The notes: a model not told the origin generated them from the sequence alone. A stretch of DNA of 64,000 bases from an uncultured Pseudomonadota bacterium (GCA_902785275.1 CACZYB010000005.1:8865-72864), one strand, 5' to 3'. Shown: positions 29,704 through 41,985, numbered from the stretch's first letter. Made by a program: numbers and translations.

Positions 29704-30174
29704 ATGTCAAGAAGAAAGAAAGCTGATAAACGTATCATCAATCCAGATCCAAAATATGCAAATCTTTTGGTTTCAAAATTTATGAACTATTTAATGGTTG
29801 ATGGAAAAAGAACTGTTGCAAGTGGTATTATGTATGCTGCTTTGGATACAGTAAAAGCAAAAACTAAAAAAGATGAATTGGAACAATTTTTGGAATTGGT
29901 TGATAAAGTAAAACCTTCATTGGAAGTTCGTTCACGCCGTGTTGGTGGTGCAACTTACCAGGTTCCAACAGAAGTTCGTCCAGCAAGACGTGAAGCATTG
30001 GCTATTCGTTGGATTATCGAAGCTGCAAGAAAACGTGGAGAAAAAACTATGGCAGAAAGACTTTCTGGCGAATTTATGGATATTCTCGCTGGAAACGGTG
30101 CTTCATTGAAAAAGAAGGCTGATGTTCATAAAATGGCTGAAGCAAATAAAGCTTTCTCTCATTTCAGATGGTAA
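29704..30174 (+). CDS. rpsG: 30S ribosomal protein S7
   Basis: [27 protein letters not shown]. Confidence 0.99.
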   Translation: MSRRKKADKRIINPDPKYANLLVSKFMNYLMVDGKRTVASGIMYAALDTVKAKTKKDELEQFLELVDKVKPSLEVRSRRVGGATYQVPTEVRPARREALAIRWIIEAARKRGEKTMAERLSGEFMDILAGNGASLKKKADVHKMAEANKAFSHFRW

Positions 30175-30204
30175 TTTATTAAAAAGGAAAATAAGGATTT
30201 TATT

Positions 30205-32286
30205 ATGGCAAGAACAACTGCTCTCGAAAATTATAGAAATATTGGTATTATGGCTCACATTGATGCTGGTAAAACTACTACATCAGAGCGTATTTTATTT
30301 TATACTGGTAAAACCCACAAAATAGGTGAAGTTCACGAAGGTGCTGCAACTATGGACTGGATGGAACAAGAACAAGAACGTGGTATTACTATTACATCCG
30401 CAGCTACAACTTGCTATTGGAAAAATCATAGAATTAACCTTATCGACACACCGGGGCACGTTGATTTCACAGTTGAAGTTGAAAGATCATTACGTGTTCT
30501 TGATGGTGCTGTTGCTGTTTTTGAAGGTGTTGCTGGTGTTCAACCACAGTCTGAAACAGTTTGGAGACAAGCTGATAAATATGGGGTTCCTCGTATTTGT
30601 TTTATTAACAAAATGGATCGTATTGGTGCTAACTATGAATATTGTGTAGGTACAATTCGTGATAGACTTGGTGCAAACGCTGTATCTCTTTGTTTGGCAA
30701 TCGGTGCAGAAGCGGACTTTAAAGGTATCGTTGATTTGGTAACAATGAAGGCTTTGGTATGGCATTCAGAAGATATGGGTGCATCTTACGATATTATGGA
30801 TATTCCTGCTGAATTAGAAGAAAAAGCAAAAAAAGCTCGTACAGAACTTCTTGATGCTGTTGTTGAATTTGATGATAAAGCTATGGAAGATTACCTTGAA
30901 GGTAAAGAACCAGATGTTGAAACATTGAAAAAATGTATCAGAAAAGGTACATTAGCAATGAAGATTTTCCCTGTATTCTGTGGTTCTTCTTTCAAAAACA
31001 AAGGTGTTCAGTATTTGTTGGATTGTGTTGTTGATTATCTTCCATCACCTGCTGATATTCCAGCTATTAAAGGTGTAAATCCTAAAACAGATGCTGATGA
31101 TGAAAGACATCCTGATGATAATGCTCCATTCTCAGCATTGGCATTTAAAATTATGAACGATCCATTTGTTGGTTCTCTTACATTTACTCGTGTTTATTCT
31201 GGTAAATTGGAAGCTGGTTCATACGTTTATAACTCAGTAAAAGATAAAAAGGAACGTATTGGTCGTATGATTTTGATGCATTCAAATAACAGAACTGAAA
31301 TTAAAGAAGCATATGCTGGTGATATTATTGCTCTTGTTGGTTTAAAAGATACAACAACTGGTGATACACTTTGTGAAGAAGCAAAACCAATAATTCTTGA
31401 AAAAATGGATTTCCCAGATCCTGTTATTGAAGTTGCTGTTGAACCAAAGACAAAAGCTGATATTGAAAAAATGGGTATTGCTTTACAGAAATTGGCTGTT
31501 GAAGATCCTTCATTTAAAGTTTCAACTGATCAAGAAACAGGTCAAACTATTATTAAAGGTATGGGTGAACTTCATCTTGATATTATTGTTGATAGAATGA
31601 AAAGAGAGTTCAAAGTTGAAGCAAATATTGGTGCTCCACAAGTTGCATACCGTGAAACAATTTCAAAACCATATACAGTTGAATATACTCATAAGAAACA
31701 AACTGGTGGTTCTGGTCAGTTCGCTAAAATTAAAGTTTTACTTGAACCATTACAACCAGGCGAAGGTTTCAAGTTTGAGAGTAAAATTGTTGGTGGTAAT
31801 GTTCCTAAAGAATACGTTCCAGGTGTGGAAAAGGGTTTCGAACTTGCAAAAGAAACTGGTGTTTTGGCAGGATATCCATGTACAGACTTCAAAGCTACTT
31901 TGATTGATGGTGCATATCATGATGTCGATTCTTCTGTTCTTGCTTTCGAAATTGCTGCTCGTGCTGCATTCCGTGAAGGTATTCCACAGGCTGGTCCAAA
32001 GATTATGGAGCCAATCATGAAGGTTGAAATTGTTACACCAGAAGATTATATGGGTGATATTATCGGCGATGTTAACTCACGTCGAGGACAAGTTGGAAAT
32101 ATGGATTCTCAAGGTAATGCTCGTATCATTACTGCTATGGTTCCACTTGCAAATATGTTTGGTTATGTTAATACATTAAGATCTATGTCACAAGGTCGTG
32201 CTCAATATACTATGGTATTTGATCACTATGCTGATGTTCCATCTAATGTTGCTGAAGAGATTCGTGCTAAAGCAGGAACCAAATAA
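30205..32286 (+). CDS. fusA: Elongation factor G
   Basis: [29 protein letters not shown]. Confidence 0.99.
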   Translation: MARTTALENYRNIGIMAHIDAGKTTTSERILFYTGKTHKIGEVHEGAATMDWMEQEQERGITITSAATTCYWKNHRINLIDTPGHVDFTVEVERSLRVLDGAVAVFEGVAGVQPQSETVWRQADKYGVPRICFINKMDRIGANYEYCVGTIRDRLGANAVSLCLAIGAEADFKGIVDLVTMKALVWHSEDMGASYDIMDIPAELEEKAKKARTELLDAVVEFDDKAMEDYLEGKEPDVETLKKCIRKGTLAMKIFPVFCGSSFKNKGVQYLLDCVVDYLPSPADIPAIKGVNPKTDADDERHPDDNAPFSALAFKIMNDPFVGSLTFTRVYSGKLEAGSYVYNSVKDKKERIGRMILMHSNNRTEIKEAYAGDIIALVGLKDTTTGDTLCEEAKPIILEKMDFPDPVIEVAVEPKTKADIEKMGIALQKLAVEDPSFKVSTDQETGQTIIKGMGELHLDIIVDRMKREFKVEANIGAPQVAYRETISKPYTVEYTHKKQTGGSGQFAKIKVLLEPLQPGEGFKFESKIVGGNVPKEYVPGVEKGFELAKETGVLAGYPCTDFKATLIDGAYHDVDSSVLAFEIAARAAFREGIPQAGPKIMEPIMKVEIVTPEDYMGDIIGDVNSRRGQVGNMDSQGNARIITAMVPLANMFGYVNTLRSMSQGRAQYTMVFDHYADVPSNVAEEIRAKAGTK

Positions 32287-32291
32287 TTAAC

Positions 32292-32327
32292 GGGGAATAG
32301 GGTCTTGTGTTTGCTCTATTTCCTTTA
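32292..32327 (+). terminator. Hairpin, probable terminator after fusA
   Basis: GGGGAATAGGGT...GCTCTATTTCCT stem with G-U pairs. Confidence 0.55.
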
Positions 32328-32363
32328 AATTGATATAAAATTGAATAAAAGAGAAAAAAATAC

Positions 32364-32392
32364 TTGATTTTTTCTTTTATTTCAATTAGTAT
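32364..32392 (+). promoter_or_regulatory. Sigma70-like promoter of the S10 operon
   Basis: TTGATT-17-TAGTAT. Confidence 0.5.
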
Positions 32393-32439
32393 CATAAAAC
32401 ACTTTTGTGCTGTTTATAAAGTTAATAAGGAATTAAAAG

Positions 32440-32748
32440 ATGATAAATTCTAATATAAGAATTAGGTTAAAAGCCTTTGATAATCAGGTTCTTGATGAAT
32501 CTGTGCATGAAATTGTAAGTACCGCAAAAAGAACCGGCGCTGAAGTAGTTGGTCCGATTCCTTTGCCTACAAAAATTGAAAGATTTACTGTAAACCGCTC
32601 AACACACGTTAATAAAAAATCACGTGAGCAGTTTGAAATCAGAACTCATAAAAGAGTTTTGGATATTATAAATCCAACTCCACAGACTGTTGATGCTTTA
32701 ATGAACTTAAACTTGTCTGTTGGTGTTGATGTAAAGGTTGAATTGTAA
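32440..32748 (+). CDS. rpsJ: 30S ribosomal protein S10
   Basis: [30 protein letters not shown]. Confidence 0.99.
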   Translation: MINSNIRIRLKAFDNQVLDESVHEIVSTAKRTGAEVVGPIPLPTKIERFTVNRSTHVNKKSREQFEIRTHKRVLDIINPTPQTVDALMNLNLSVGVDVKVEL

Positions 32749-32759
32749 GGGTGAATATT

Positions 32760-33500
32760 ATGAGAACTGGTTTAATAGCTTATAAAATGGGTATGACCCG
32801 TGTATTTGATGAAAATAATAAACATGTTCCTGTTACTGTTCTTAAAATCGATAACTGTAAAGTTATTGATGTAAAGACTATGGCTAGAGATGGTTACACT
32901 TCTGTTCAACTTGGTGCTGGCGTTAAAAAGGAAAATAAAATTTCTAAATCTTTAAAAGGACATCTTGCAAAGTCAGGTGCTCTTTCAAGAGAAATTCGTG
33001 AATTCCGTGTATCTGAAGATTGTTTGTTAAATATTGGTGATGAAATTTTACCTTCACATTTTGTAAAAGGTCAATTTGTTGATGTTGCTGGAAGAACAAT
33101 CGGTAAAGGATATGCTGGTGGTATGAAAAGATGGAACTTCCGTGGTCTTGAAGATAGTCATGGTGTTTCTGTTTCACATCGTTCTCTTGGTTCAACAGGT
33201 CAGTGTCAAGATCCAGGTCGTGTATTTAAAGGTAAAAAGATGCCTGGACATCTTGGTGATGTAAATGTAACAGTTCAAAATCTTGTTGTTGTTGATACAG
33301 ACGATGAAAACGGATATATTTTAGTTCGTGGTGCTGTTCCGGGTGCAACAGGTTCAGTTGTATGTGTTTACGATGCTGTAAAACGTGCTCTTCCTGCAGA
33401 AGCTCCTGTTCCTGCAAGCATTAAAAAATCGGCTAAAGTAGAAGCTCCAGCTGAAGAAAAAGTTGAAACAACTGCTGAAACAGTAGAAGCAAAGGAGTAA
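32760..33500 (+). CDS. rplC: 50S ribosomal protein L3
   Basis: MRTGLIAYKMGMT, HRSLGSTGQCQDPGRVFKGKKMPG. Confidence 0.99.
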   Translation: MRTGLIAYKMGMTRVFDENNKHVPVTVLKIDNCKVIDVKTMARDGYTSVQLGAGVKKENKISKSLKGHLAKSGALSREIREFRVSEDCLLNIGDEILPSHFVKGQFVDVAGRTIGKGYAGGMKRWNFRGLEDSHGVSVSHRSLGSTGQCQDPGRVFKGKKMPGHLGDVNVTVQNLVVVDTDDENGYILVRGAVPGATGSVVCVYDAVKRALPAEAPVPASIKKSAKVEAPAEEKVETTAETVEAKE

Positions 33501-33503
33501 GAA

Positions 33504-34127
33504 ATGAAAGTTGATGTTATTACATTAGATAATAAAGTAAAAGAACAAATTGAATTATCTCAAGATATTTTTGGTATTGCTCCAAGAAAAGATATATTGT
33601 TCCGTGTTGTTAATTGGCAACTTGCAAAAAGACGTGCTGGTACACACTCTACAAAGGTTATTTCTGAAGTAAGTGGTACAACAAAGAAACCTTTTGCTCA
33701 AAAAGGTACAGGTCGTGCAAGACAAGGTTCTTTGCGTTCTCCACAAATGCGTGGTGGTGCTACAATTTTTGGACCAGTTGTACGTGATCATGGTTTTTCT
33801 TTGCTTAAGAAAGTACGTGCTTTGGGCTTGAAAATGGCTTTGTCTTCAAAATTAGAAGATAAAAAACTTTTTGTTATTGATACAGAAGCAACTGCTACTT
33901 CAAAAACAAAAGATTTAAAAGCTAAACTTGATGCTTTTGGTTGGAAAAAAGTGTTGTTTGTTGGTGGTGAAACACTTGACAATAACTTTATGCTTGCTTT
34001 GAAAAATATCATCAATTCAGATGCTTTGCCTTCACAAGGTGCAAATGTTTATGATATTTTGAAACATGATACACTTGTTTTAACTAAAGACGCTGTTGAA
34101 AACTTAACTAAAAGATTGTCAAAGTAA
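33504..34127 (+). CDS. rplD: 50S ribosomal protein L4
   Basis: QKGTGRARQGS. Confidence 0.99.
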   Translation: MKVDVITLDNKVKEQIELSQDIFGIAPRKDILFRVVNWQLAKRRAGTHSTKVISEVSGTTKKPFAQKGTGRARQGSLRSPQMRGGATIFGPVVRDHGFSLLKKVRALGLKMALSSKLEDKKLFVIDTEATATSKTKDLKAKLDAFGWKKVLFVGGETLDNNFMLALKNIINSDALPSQGANVYDILKHDTLVLTKDAVENLTKRLSK

Positions 34128-34138
34128 AGGATTAGAAA

Positions 34139-34459
34139 ATGGTAGATCAAAAAAAAGATGTAAAATTAACAGAAAAGATGTATGATATACTATTGAAGCC
34201 TATCATTACAGAAAAAACAACTTTAGTTGCAGAACAAGGTAAAATTGTTTTTGGTGTAAGAGATGATGCAACAAAAACTGATATTAAACAAGCAATTGAA
34301 AAACTTTACAATGTGAAGGTAAAATCTGTAAATATTACAGTTAAACCTGGAAAAACAAAAAGATTTAGAGGTGTTCTAGGTTCTACTTCATCTGTAAAAA
34401 AGGCTTATGTAACATTAGAAGAAGGTCATAATATTGATATTATGGCTGGTTTGAAATAA
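34139..34459 (+). CDS. rplW: 50S ribosomal protein L23
   Basis: PIITEK, KKAYVTL. Confidence 0.98.
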   Translation: MVDQKKDVKLTEKMYDILLKPIITEKTTLVAEQGKIVFGVRDDATKTDIKQAIEKLYNVKVKSVNITVKPGKTKRFRGVLGSTSSVKKAYVTLEEGHNIDIMAGLK

Positions 34460-34472
34460 AGGATAAACGAAA

Positions 34473-35306
34473 ATGGCTTTGAAATTATTTAATCCAACTA
34501 CACCTTCCCAAAGATCTTTGACTTTGGTTGATAAGAGTGAACTTTATAAAGGTAAACCTGTTAAACACCTTACAGAAGGTAAAAGAAAAACAGGTGGAAG
34601 AAACAATTTTGGACACGAAACCAATAGAAATATGGGTGGTGGTCACAAACAAAGATATAGATTTATCGATTTCAAACGTGCAAAACGTGATGTTGTTGCA
34701 ACAGTAGAAAGACTTGAATATGATCCAAATAGAACTGCGTTTATTGCTTTAGTAAAGTATGAAGATGGTGAATTGGCTTATATTCTTGCTCCACAAAGAC
34801 TTGCTGTTGGCTCAAAAGTTGTTGCTGGTGAAAATGTTGATATTCAAGTTGGTAATGCTCTTCCATTAAAGAATATTCCAATGGGTACAATTATCCATAA
34901 TATTGAAACAAAACCTGGTCATGGTGGTCAACTTGCTCGTTCGGCTGGTTGTTATGGTCAACTTGCTGGTAAAGATGCTGGTTTTGCTCAAATAAAGTTG
35001 AATTCTGGTGAATTGAGACTTGTAAGCTGTGAATGTTATGCAAGTATTGGTGCTGTATCAAATCCAGATCAACGAAATGTAAACCTTGGTAAAGCTGGAA
35101 GAAATAGCTGGCTTGGTCGTCGTCCACATGTTCGTGGTACAGCTATGAACCCAGTAGATCACCCACATGGTGGTGGTGAAGGTAGAAACTTTGGTAAACA
35201 TCCGGTTTCACCAACTGGTCAGCCAACTAAGGGTTATAAAACAAGAACAAATAAGTTTACTGATAAGTTTATCTTGAAAAGTAGACATTTAAATAAGAAA
35301 AAATAA
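34473..35306 (+). CDS. rplB: 50S ribosomal protein L2
   Basis: [21 protein letters not shown]. Confidence 0.99.
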   Translation: MALKLFNPTTPSQRSLTLVDKSELYKGKPVKHLTEGKRKTGGRNNFGHETNRNMGGGHKQRYRFIDFKRAKRDVVATVERLEYDPNRTAFIALVKYEDGELAYILAPQRLAVGSKVVAGENVDIQVGNALPLKNIPMGTIIHNIETKPGHGGQLARSAGCYGQLAGKDAGFAQIKLNSGELRLVSCECYASIGAVSNPDQRNVNLGKAGRNSWLGRRPHVRGTAMNPVDHPHGGGEGRNFGKHPVSPTGQPTKGYKTRTNKFTDKFILKSRHLNKKK

Positions 35307-35319
35307 GGAGTAAGTTAAA

Positions 35320-35601
35320 TTGACAAGATCTGTTTGGAAAGGTCCATATATACATCCATCTCTTCTTAAAAAAGTAGAGTTGGCTAACCAAAATAACGAT
35401 AGAAAGCCAATTAAAACTTGGTCAAGATCTTCAACAATTTTACCAACTATGGTAGGTTTGACTTTTGCAGTTCATAATGGAAGTAAATTTATTCCAGTTT
35501 TGGTTGCAGAAGAAATGATTGGTCATAAACTTGGTGAATTTGCATTGACAAGAACTTTTAAAGGTCATAAAAAAGAAGCTGATAAGAAAGCTGCAAAGTA
35601 A
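35320..35601 (+). CDS. rpsS: 30S ribosomal protein S19 (TTG start)
   Basis: [21 protein letters not shown]. Confidence 0.99.
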   Translation: MTRSVWKGPYIHPSLLKKVELANQNNDRKPIKTWSRSSTILPTMVGLTFAVHNGSKFIPVLVAEEMIGHKLGEFALTRTFKGHKKEADKKAAK

Positions 35602-35612
35602 AGGATTAGAAA

Positions 35613-36038
35613 ATGGTTGAAAAAAGATATGGTATAAAAGATAATGAAGCTAGAGCTTTTTTAAGAATGGTAAAAGGCTCACCTCAGAAGTTAAATCTTG
35701 TTGCTCAATCTATCCGTGGACTTTCTGCTGATAAAGCTATTGAACAATTGACTTTCTCTAAAAAGAGAGTTGCTTTAGATGTTAAAAAATTGGTTCTTTC
35801 TGCTGTAAGTAATGCTGAACATAACTATAAGCTTGATGTTGATAAACTTTATGTTAAAGAAGCTTATGTTGGTAAAGCTCTTGTAATGAAAAGATTCCAT
35901 GCTCGTGCTCGTGGTCGTGGTGCTGCTATTTTGAAACCATTTTCAAATATGACAGTTATCGTTGCTGAATGTATCGCACCAGCAAAAAAAGATGTTAAGA
36001 ACTCTAAACCTAAAACAGAAAAGAAAGAGGCAAAATAA
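35613..36038 (+). CDS. rplV: 50S ribosomal protein L22
   Basis: [19 protein letters not shown]. Confidence 0.98.
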   Translation: MVEKRYGIKDNEARAFLRMVKGSPQKLNLVAQSIRGLSADKAIEQLTFSKKRVALDVKKLVLSAVSNAEHNYKLDVDKLYVKEAYVGKALVMKRFHARARGRGAAILKPFSNMTVIVAECIAPAKKDVKNSKPKTEKKEAK

Positions 36039-36725
36039 ATGGGACAAAAGGTAAATCCAGTAGGTTTAAGATTAAATGTAAACAAGACTTGGGATTCAAG
36101 ATGGTTTGCAGATAAAAATTATGCATCTCAACTTCTTGAAGATTTAAAAATCCGTGCTTTTCTTGATAAAGAATTAAAGAAAGCTAGCGTAAGTCGTGTT
36201 GTTATTGAAAGAGTTGCTAATAAAGTTAATGTTGTTATCTTCTCTTCTCAACCTGGTTTAATTATCGGTAAAAAAGGTGCTGATATCGATAATTTGAAAA
36301 AGAAAATCAGTAATATGATAAAAGCTGATGTTAATGTTAATATCGTTGAAGTAAGAAGAGCTGATATTGATGCTGTTATCACAGCAAAATCTATTGCTTC
36401 TCAAATCGAAAGACGTATTTCTTTCAAGAAAGCAATGAAAAAAGCTGTTCAAAATGCTTTACGTAGTGGTGCAAAAGGTATCAGAGTTAGTTGTGCTGGT
36501 CGTTTGAATGGTGCTGAAATTGCTCGTGAAGAATGGTATCGTGAAGGTCGTGTTCCATTGCATACACTTCGTGCTGATATTGATTATGGTTATGCACGTG
36601 CAGAAACAACTTATGGTGTTATCGGTGTTCGTGTATGGATTTACCGTGGTGATGTTGTTGGTAAAGAAGCTCTTGCAACATCAAGAAAAGCAAGTTCAAC
36701 TGCAAGTGATAAAGCAGCAAACTAA
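36039..36725 (+). CDS. rpsC: 30S ribosomal protein S3
   Basis: [24 protein letters not shown]. Confidence 0.99.
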   Translation: MGQKVNPVGLRLNVNKTWDSRWFADKNYASQLLEDLKIRAFLDKELKKASVSRVVIERVANKVNVVIFSSQPGLIIGKKGADIDNLKKKISNMIKADVNVNIVEVRRADIDAVITAKSIASQIERRISFKKAMKKAVQNALRSGAKGIRVSCAGRLNGAEIAREEWYREGRVPLHTLRADIDYGYARAETTYGVIGVRVWIYRGDVVGKEALATSRKASSTASDKAAN

Positions 36726-36751
36726 TATAAAATAAAAAAGGAAAATTAAAA

Positions 36752-37168
36752 ATGTTAATGCCTAAGAAAACAAAATTTAAGAAAGCTCATAAAGGAAGAA
36801 TTCATGGCGAATCAAAAGGAGCAACTGAACTCGATTTTGGTTCATACGGTTTAAAAGCTTTAACACCAGAACGTGTTACAGCAAGACAAATCGAAGCTGC
36901 TCGTCGTGCAATGACAAGAGCTATGAAAAGACAAGGTCGTGTTTGGATTAGAATTTTCCCAGATGTTCCTGTTTCTTCAAAGCCTGCTGAAGTTCGTATG
37001 GGTAAAGGTAAAGGTGCTATCGATCATTGGATAGTTCGTGTAAAACCAGGCCGTGTTATGTTTGAAGTTGATGGTATCTCCGAGGAATTAGCTAGAGAAG
37101 CTCTTTCATTGGCTGCATTCAAACTTCCTGTTAAAACAAAATTTGTAACAAGAAAAGAAGTAGAATAG
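36752..37168 (+). CDS. rplP: 50S ribosomal protein L16
   Basis: [15 protein letters not shown]. Confidence 0.99.
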   Translation: MLMPKKTKFKKAHKGRIHGESKGATELDFGSYGLKALTPERVTARQIEAARRAMTRAMKRQGRVWIRIFPDVPVSSKPAEVRMGKGKGAIDHWIVRVKPGRVMFEVDGISEELAREALSLAAFKLPVKTKFVTRKEVE

Positions 37169-37177
37169 GGTGAAATT

Positions 37178-37393
37178 ATGAAAAGCAAACAAGATATTTT
37201 AAAATTTAAAACTGCAAGTAAAGAAGAAGTTTCATCTAAAATTTTGGATTTGAAAAAGGAGTTAATGAATCTTCGTTTTCAACACACAACAGGTAGCTTG
37301 AAAGATTCATCTTTATTAAGAAAAACTAAAAAAGCAATCGCAACATTAAAAGGTTTTTTAACTAATAATGTTGATGTAAAAACAAAGAAATAA
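37178..37393 (+). CDS. rpmC: 50S ribosomal protein L29
   Basis: [11 protein letters not shown]; operon position. Confidence 0.95.
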   Translation: MKSKQDILKFKTASKEEVSSKILDLKKELMNLRFQHTTGSLKDSSLLRKTKKAIATLKGFLTNNVDVKTKK

Positions 37394-37404
37394 GAGGGTT
37401 AGAT

Positions 37405-37647
37405 ATGCCAAAAAGAATATTAGAAGGTACTGTTGTAAGCACTAAAATGGATAAAACCATTGTAGTAGAGGTTGAAAGAAAATTTATGCACCCTTTATAC
37501 AAGAAGTTTTTAAGAACAACAAAAAAGTATCATGCTCATAATGAAGATGCTTCAATTAAAGTAGGTGATACTGTAAAAATCCGTGAAACAAAACCTATGT
37601 CAAAAACTGTTACATGGGAAGTTTACACTGAAACAAACAAAGATTAA
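37405..37647 (+). CDS. rpsQ: 30S ribosomal protein S17
   Basis: [19 protein letters not shown]. Confidence 0.98.
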   Translation: MPKRILEGTVVSTKMDKTIVVEVERKFMHPLYKKFLRTTKKYHAHNEDASIKVGDTVKIRETKPMSKTVTWEVYTETNKD

Positions 37648-37669
37648 TAAGGTATAAGGATTAAATAAA

Positions 37670-38038
37670 ATGATACAAATGCAATCTATTCTTGATGCTG
37701 CGGATAATAGTGGAGCTAAAAAAATCCAGTGCATAAAAGTGCTTGGTGGTTCACACATTCGTACTGCAAGTGTTGGTGATATTATTGTTGTTTCTGTAAA
37801 AGAAGCAATGCCAAAAGGTAAAGTTCAAAAAGGTAAAGTTTACAAAGCTGTTATCGTAAGAACTAAAAAAGATATTAAAAGACCTGATGGAAGTGTTATT
37901 CGTTTTGATTCTAATGCTGCTGTTCTTATTGGTGCAAACAAAGAACCTATCGGAACTCGTATCTTTGGCCCAGTAGCTCGCGAACTTCGCGCAAAAGATT
38001 TTATGAAAATTGTATCACTTGCACCAGAAGTGCTATAA
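37670..38038 (+). CDS. rplN: 50S ribosomal protein L14
   Basis: [26 protein letters not shown]. Confidence 0.99.
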   Translation: MIQMQSILDAADNSGAKKIQCIKVLGGSHIRTASVGDIIVVSVKEAMPKGKVQKGKVYKAVIVRTKKDIKRPDGSVIRFDSNAAVLIGANKEPIGTRIFGPVARELRAKDFMKIVSLAPEVL

Positions 38039-38053
38039 ATAAGGAGTTATATT

Positions 38054-38371
38054 ATGCCTAAAATGAAAATAAAGAAAAATGATGAAGTTATAGTTCTTAC
38101 AGGTAAAGATAAAGGTAAAACTGGTAAAGTTATTACTGCCATGCCAAAAGAACGTAAGGTTATTGTTGCTGGTGTAAACCAAGTTCAAAGACACAGAAAA
38201 GCTGATGCTCAAGGAAACAAAGCTGGCATCGTAACAAAAAATTTGCCTATCGATGTATCAAATGTTGCAATTGTTGATCCAAAGACTGGAAAAGCAACAA
38301 AAGTTGGTGTAAAATTAACATCTGATGGTAAAAAAGTAAGATTCGCTAAAAAAAGCGGTGAAACATTATAA
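38054..38371 (+). CDS. rplX: 50S ribosomal protein L24
   Basis: KOW motif GKDKGKTG, IDVSNV. Confidence 0.98.
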   Translation: MPKMKIKKNDEVIVLTGKDKGKTGKVITAMPKERKVIVAGVNQVQRHRKADAQGNKAGIVTKNLPIDVSNVAIVDPKTGKATKVGVKLTSDGKKVRFAKKSGETL

Positions 38372-38388
38372 ATTAAAAAGGTTAGAAA

Positions 38389-38931
38389 ATGGCAAGTAGA
38401 TTAAAAGAATTATATGATACTAAAATCCGTGCTGAACTTAAAAAACAGCTTGGTTATAAAAATGATATGCAACTTCCAAAGCTCGAAAAAATCGTGCTTA
38501 ATATGGGTGTTGGTGAAGCTGCTACTGATAAAAAGAAATTGGAGGCTGCTGTAAAAGATATGACAGCTATTGCTGGTCAAAAGGTTGTTATTACAAAAGC
38601 TAAAAAATCTCTTGCAAACTTTAAACTTAAAGAAGGTATGCAAATCGGTTGTAAAGTAACTTTAAGAAGAGATAGAATGTATGATTTCTTGGATAGACTT
38701 ATAAATGTTGCTATGCCAAGAATCAGAGATTTCCGTGGTTTGAATGGTAAATCTTTTGATGGAAAAGGAAACTATGCTTTTGGTATCAAAGAACAAATCA
38801 TTTTCCCTGAAATCGACTTTGATAAAATCGATAATATTCGTGGTATGGATATTATAATTTGTACAACAGCAAACAATGATAAGGATGCAAAAGCATTACT
38901 TGCTGCTTTTAACTTCCCATTTTATAACTAG
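38389..38931 (+). CDS. rplE: 50S ribosomal protein L5
   Basis: [24 protein letters not shown]. Confidence 0.99.
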   Translation: MASRLKELYDTKIRAELKKQLGYKNDMQLPKLEKIVLNMGVGEAATDKKKLEAAVKDMTAIAGQKVVITKAKKSLANFKLKEGMQIGCKVTLRRDRMYDFLDRLINVAMPRIRDFRGLNGKSFDGKGNYAFGIKEQIIFPEIDFDKIDNIRGMDIIICTTANNDKDAKALLAAFNFPFYN

Positions 38932-38946
38932 AAAGGATTTTATATA

Positions 38947-39252
38947 ATGTCAAAAGTTAGTTTAATCGAAAGAAACAAAAAAAGAATAAGAATGTCAAAG
39001 AGTTTAAATAACAAGAGACAAAAACTCCTTGACGTTGCAAGAGATAGAAATGCTAATCCAGAAGATATTTTTGAAGCAAATCTTAAACTTGCAAAACTTC
39101 CAAGAAATTCTGCGGTTGTTCGTGTTAGAAATAGATGCGCTCTAAGTGGACGTCCTCGTGGATACTATAGAAAATTCGATATTAGCCGTATCGCGCTAAG
39201 AGAATTGGCAAGTGAAGGAAAACTTCCTGGCGTAAGAAAATCAAGTTGGTAA
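38947..39252 (+). CDS. rpsN: 30S ribosomal protein S14 (long, zinc-free type)
   Basis: [23 protein letters not shown]; 101 aa. Confidence 0.98.
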   Translation: MSKVSLIERNKKRIRMSKSLNNKRQKLLDVARDRNANPEDIFEANLKLAKLPRNSAVVRVRNRCALSGRPRGYYRKFDISRIALRELASEGKLPGVRKSSW

Positions 39253-39278
39253 CAAAAAAACTAAAGAAGGATAATAAA

Positions 39279-39677
39279 ATGAGTTTTTCAGATACAATCG
39301 GAGATATGATAACAAGAATCAGAAACGGTCAAAAGGCTGGTCTTGCTTCTGTTAAATGTCCTGCTTCTATTCTTCGTGAAGGGGTATTAGAAGTTCTTAA
39401 AAATGAAGGTTATATCAAAGGATATGAAACTTCTGAAATAAGAAAAGGTGTAAAAGAATTGAGAATTGATCTTAAATATTTCGAAGGTCAAGGTGCAATT
39501 AAAGAAATTAAAAGAGTGTCAACACCAGGAAGAAGACATTATTCTAAAACTGTTGATATTCCAAAAGTAAAAAATGGACTTGGTATTGCAATACTTTCAA
39601 CATCTGTAGGTGTTCTTGCTGATTATGAAGCAAGAAAGAGAAATGTTGGTGGTGAAATATTGTGCTACGTATTCTAA
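39279..39677 (+). CDS. rpsH: 30S ribosomal protein S8
   Basis: D.IGDMITRIRN, GLGIAILSTS.G, VGGE. Confidence 0.98.
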   Translation: MSFSDTIGDMITRIRNGQKAGLASVKCPASILREGVLEVLKNEGYIKGYETSEIRKGVKELRIDLKYFEGQGAIKEIKRVSTPGRRHYSKTVDIPKVKNGLGIAILSTSVGVLADYEARKRNVGGEILCYVF

Positions 39678-39706
39678 TAAAATAAGTAATTAAGAAGGAA
39701 ATAAAA

Positions 39707-40243
39707 ATGTCAAGAGTTGGAAAACATCCAGTTGAAATAGTTGACGGTGTATCTGTAGAGATTAAAGAAGGTCAACTTATTGCAAAAGGTAAAGTTGGTG
39801 AAGCACGTGTAAAACTTTCTGATCTTGTTGATGTAAAGATCGAAGATAAAGAAATAAAAGTTTCTCCAAAGAATATTGAAAATGATCAATCTCGCATTAT
39901 GTGGGGTACAATGCGTGCTCTTATAAACAATGCTGTTGTTGGTGCATCTGTTGGTTTTTCTAAAACATTGGAATTTAAAGGTGTTGGTTATAAAATCGCA
40001 TTAAAAGGAACTAAACTTGATATGGTTATTGGTTTCTCTCATAATGTTGAATATGATTTACCAGCAGAAATCAAAGCGGAAGTTGTTTCTCCTACAGAAT
40101 TGAAGCTTACATCTGCAAACAAGGAATTACTTGGTTTGGTTGCTTCTGAAATCCGTTCTTTCCGTGTTCCAGAACCATACAAAGGTAAAGGTATAAGATA
40201 TTCTGATGAATACGTACGTAGAAAAGAAGGTAAGAAAAAATAA
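39707..40243 (+). CDS. rplF: 50S ribosomal protein L6
   Basis: MSRVGK.P, PEPYKGKGIRY. Confidence 0.99.
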   Translation: MSRVGKHPVEIVDGVSVEIKEGQLIAKGKVGEARVKLSDLVDVKIEDKEIKVSPKNIENDQSRIMWGTMRALINNAVVGASVGFSKTLEFKGVGYKIALKGTKLDMVIGFSHNVEYDLPAEIKAEVVSPTELKLTSANKELLGLVASEIRSFRVPEPYKGKGIRYSDEYVRRKEGKKK

Positions 40244-40264
40244 TAAATAGAAGGGACTCTTAAA

Positions 40265-40624
40265 ATGGATAGATTAAAAAAATTGTCTTTACAAAGAAAA
40301 GAAAGAAATAGATGGAATCTAAAGGAAGTTAATAAGTCTGATAGACCAAGACTTTCTGTTCATCGTACAAATATGCATATTTCAGCTCAAATTATTGATG
40401 ATTTGAAGGGTGTAACAATTTGTGCATTTTCTACACAAAGTAAAGATTTTAAAAATGCTAAAACTTCAACTATAGAAGCAGCAGAAATTGTTGGTACAGA
40501 AATTGCAAAACTTGCTCTTGCTAAAAATGTAAAAGATGTTGTTTTTGATCGTGGTGCTTATTATTATCATGGTCGTGTAAAAGCATTGGCTGATGGCGCA
40601 AGAAAAGCTGGACTTAATTTTTAA
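40265..40624 (+). CDS. rplR: 50S ribosomal protein L18
   Basis: [25 protein letters not shown]. Confidence 0.98.
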   Translation: MDRLKKLSLQRKERNRWNLKEVNKSDRPRLSVHRTNMHISAQIIDDLKGVTICAFSTQSKDFKNAKTSTIEAAEIVGTEIAKLALAKNVKDVVFDRGAYYYHGRVKALADGARKAGLNF

Positions 40625-40641
40625 TTAGAAAAATAGGGAAA

Positions 40642-41217
40642 ATGAAAATGGTAAATCCTAAAGTTAAAACAAAAGAAAAAGATGAAGGTTTAGTAGATAG
40701 ACTTATTCATGTAAACCGCGTAACAAAAGTTGTTAAGGGTGGTAAAAATTTCTCTCTCGCAGCTATTGTTGTAGTTGGTGATGGTAAAGGTCGTATCGGA
40801 TACGGTACAGGTAAAGCAAAGGAAGTTCCTGATGCTGTAAGAAAAGCAACAGAACAAGCAAAACGTAATATGATTCGTGTTCCTTTAAAAGAAGGAAGAA
40901 CTATCCATCACGATGTTATTACAAGATATGGTTCTGGTAAGGTTGTTCTTCGTTCTGCTCCTGCTGGTACTGGTATCATCGCTGGTGGTCCTATGCGTGC
41001 AATTTTTGAAGTATTGGGAATTCAAGATATCGTTTCTAAATCTCAAGGTTCTTCAAATCCACACAATATGTTAAAAGCAACATTCAAAGCTTTCGAAGAA
41101 CTTTCTTCACCAAAGCTTGTTGCAAATCGTCGTGGTTTAAAAATTGGTGAAATTGTAGGCCGTCGTGACTTGAAAATCGGTGGTTCTATTGATACTGAAA
41201 CAACTGAAGCTGAATAG
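40642..41217 (+). CDS. rpsE: 30S ribosomal protein S5
   Basis: [21 protein letters not shown]. Confidence 0.99.
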   Translation: MKMVNPKVKTKEKDEGLVDRLIHVNRVTKVVKGGKNFSLAAIVVVGDGKGRIGYGTGKAKEVPDAVRKATEQAKRNMIRVPLKEGRTIHHDVITRYGSGKVVLRSAPAGTGIIAGGPMRAIFEVLGIQDIVSKSQGSSNPHNMLKATFKAFEELSSPKLVANRRGLKIGEIVGRRDLKIGGSIDTETTEAE

Positions 41218-41226
41218 GTGGTTTAA

Positions 41227-41415
41227 ATGACAACAAATAAAACTATAAAAGTAAAACAAATTGCAAGTGGTTGTGGTCATCTTAAAACTCAAATTGCAAC
41301 TTTAAAGGGTCTTGGCCTTGGTAAAGTTAATAAGGAAAGAGTTTTGGTTGATACTCCTGAAATCAGAGGTATGATTAATAAAGTATCTCACTTGGTAAAA
41401 ATAATTGAAGACTAA
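41227..41415 (+). CDS. rpmD: 50S ribosomal protein L30
   Basis: TLKGLGL, RGMINKVSHLV. Confidence 0.97.
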   Translation: MTTNKTIKVKQIASGCGHLKTQIATLKGLGLGKVNKERVLVDTPEIRGMINKVSHLVKIIED

Positions 41416-41430
41416 TAAGGTAGGGTTAAA

Positions 41431-41985
41431 ATGGAACTAAATACAATTAGAGATAATAAAGGTGCTAGAAAATCTCTTTTAAGAGTTGGTCGTGGTATTG
41501 GCTCTGGTAAGGGTAAAACTTCTGGTCGTGGAAACAAAGGTCAAAAGTCTCGTTCTGGTGTTGCTATTAAAGGTAAAGGCTTCGAAGGAGGTCAAACACC
41601 TATTTACAGAAGACTTCCAAAAAGAGGTTTTAATAATTCAAACTTTACAAAAACTTTTGCTATTATCAATCTTGGTGATATCCAAACTTTGATTGATGAA
41701 AAGTTGGTTAAAGATACTGTAAATGCTGAAATTTTAAAAGATTTACACGTTATTAATGGTGTAAAAGATGGTTTAAAAGTTTTGGCAAAAGGTGAACTTA
41801 AATCTGCTATTACAGTAGAAGCTGTTGCTTTCTCAGAAACTGCAAAATCTGCAATTGAAAAAGTTGGCGGTAAAGCTGTTTGTGTTGCAAAACCAGAAGC
41901 TCCTAAAGCTAAAAAAGTAAAAGCTGAAAAAGCTCCTAAAACAACAAGAATAGCAAAAAAATTAGCTGCTAAAAAGGCAAAATAA
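41431..41985 (+). CDS. rplO: 50S ribosomal protein L15 with Lys/Ala-rich tail
   Basis: RVGRGIGSGKGKTSGRG.KGQKSR, FEGGQ.P. Confidence 0.98.
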   Translation: MELNTIRDNKGARKSLLRVGRGIGSGKGKTSGRGNKGQKSRSGVAIKGKGFEGGQTPIYRRLPKRGFNNSNFTKTFAIINLGDIQTLIDEKLVKDTVNAEILKDLHVINGVKDGLKVLAKGELKSAITVEAVAFSETAKSAIEKVGGKAVCVAKPEAPKAKKVKAEKAPKTTRIAKKLAAKKAK

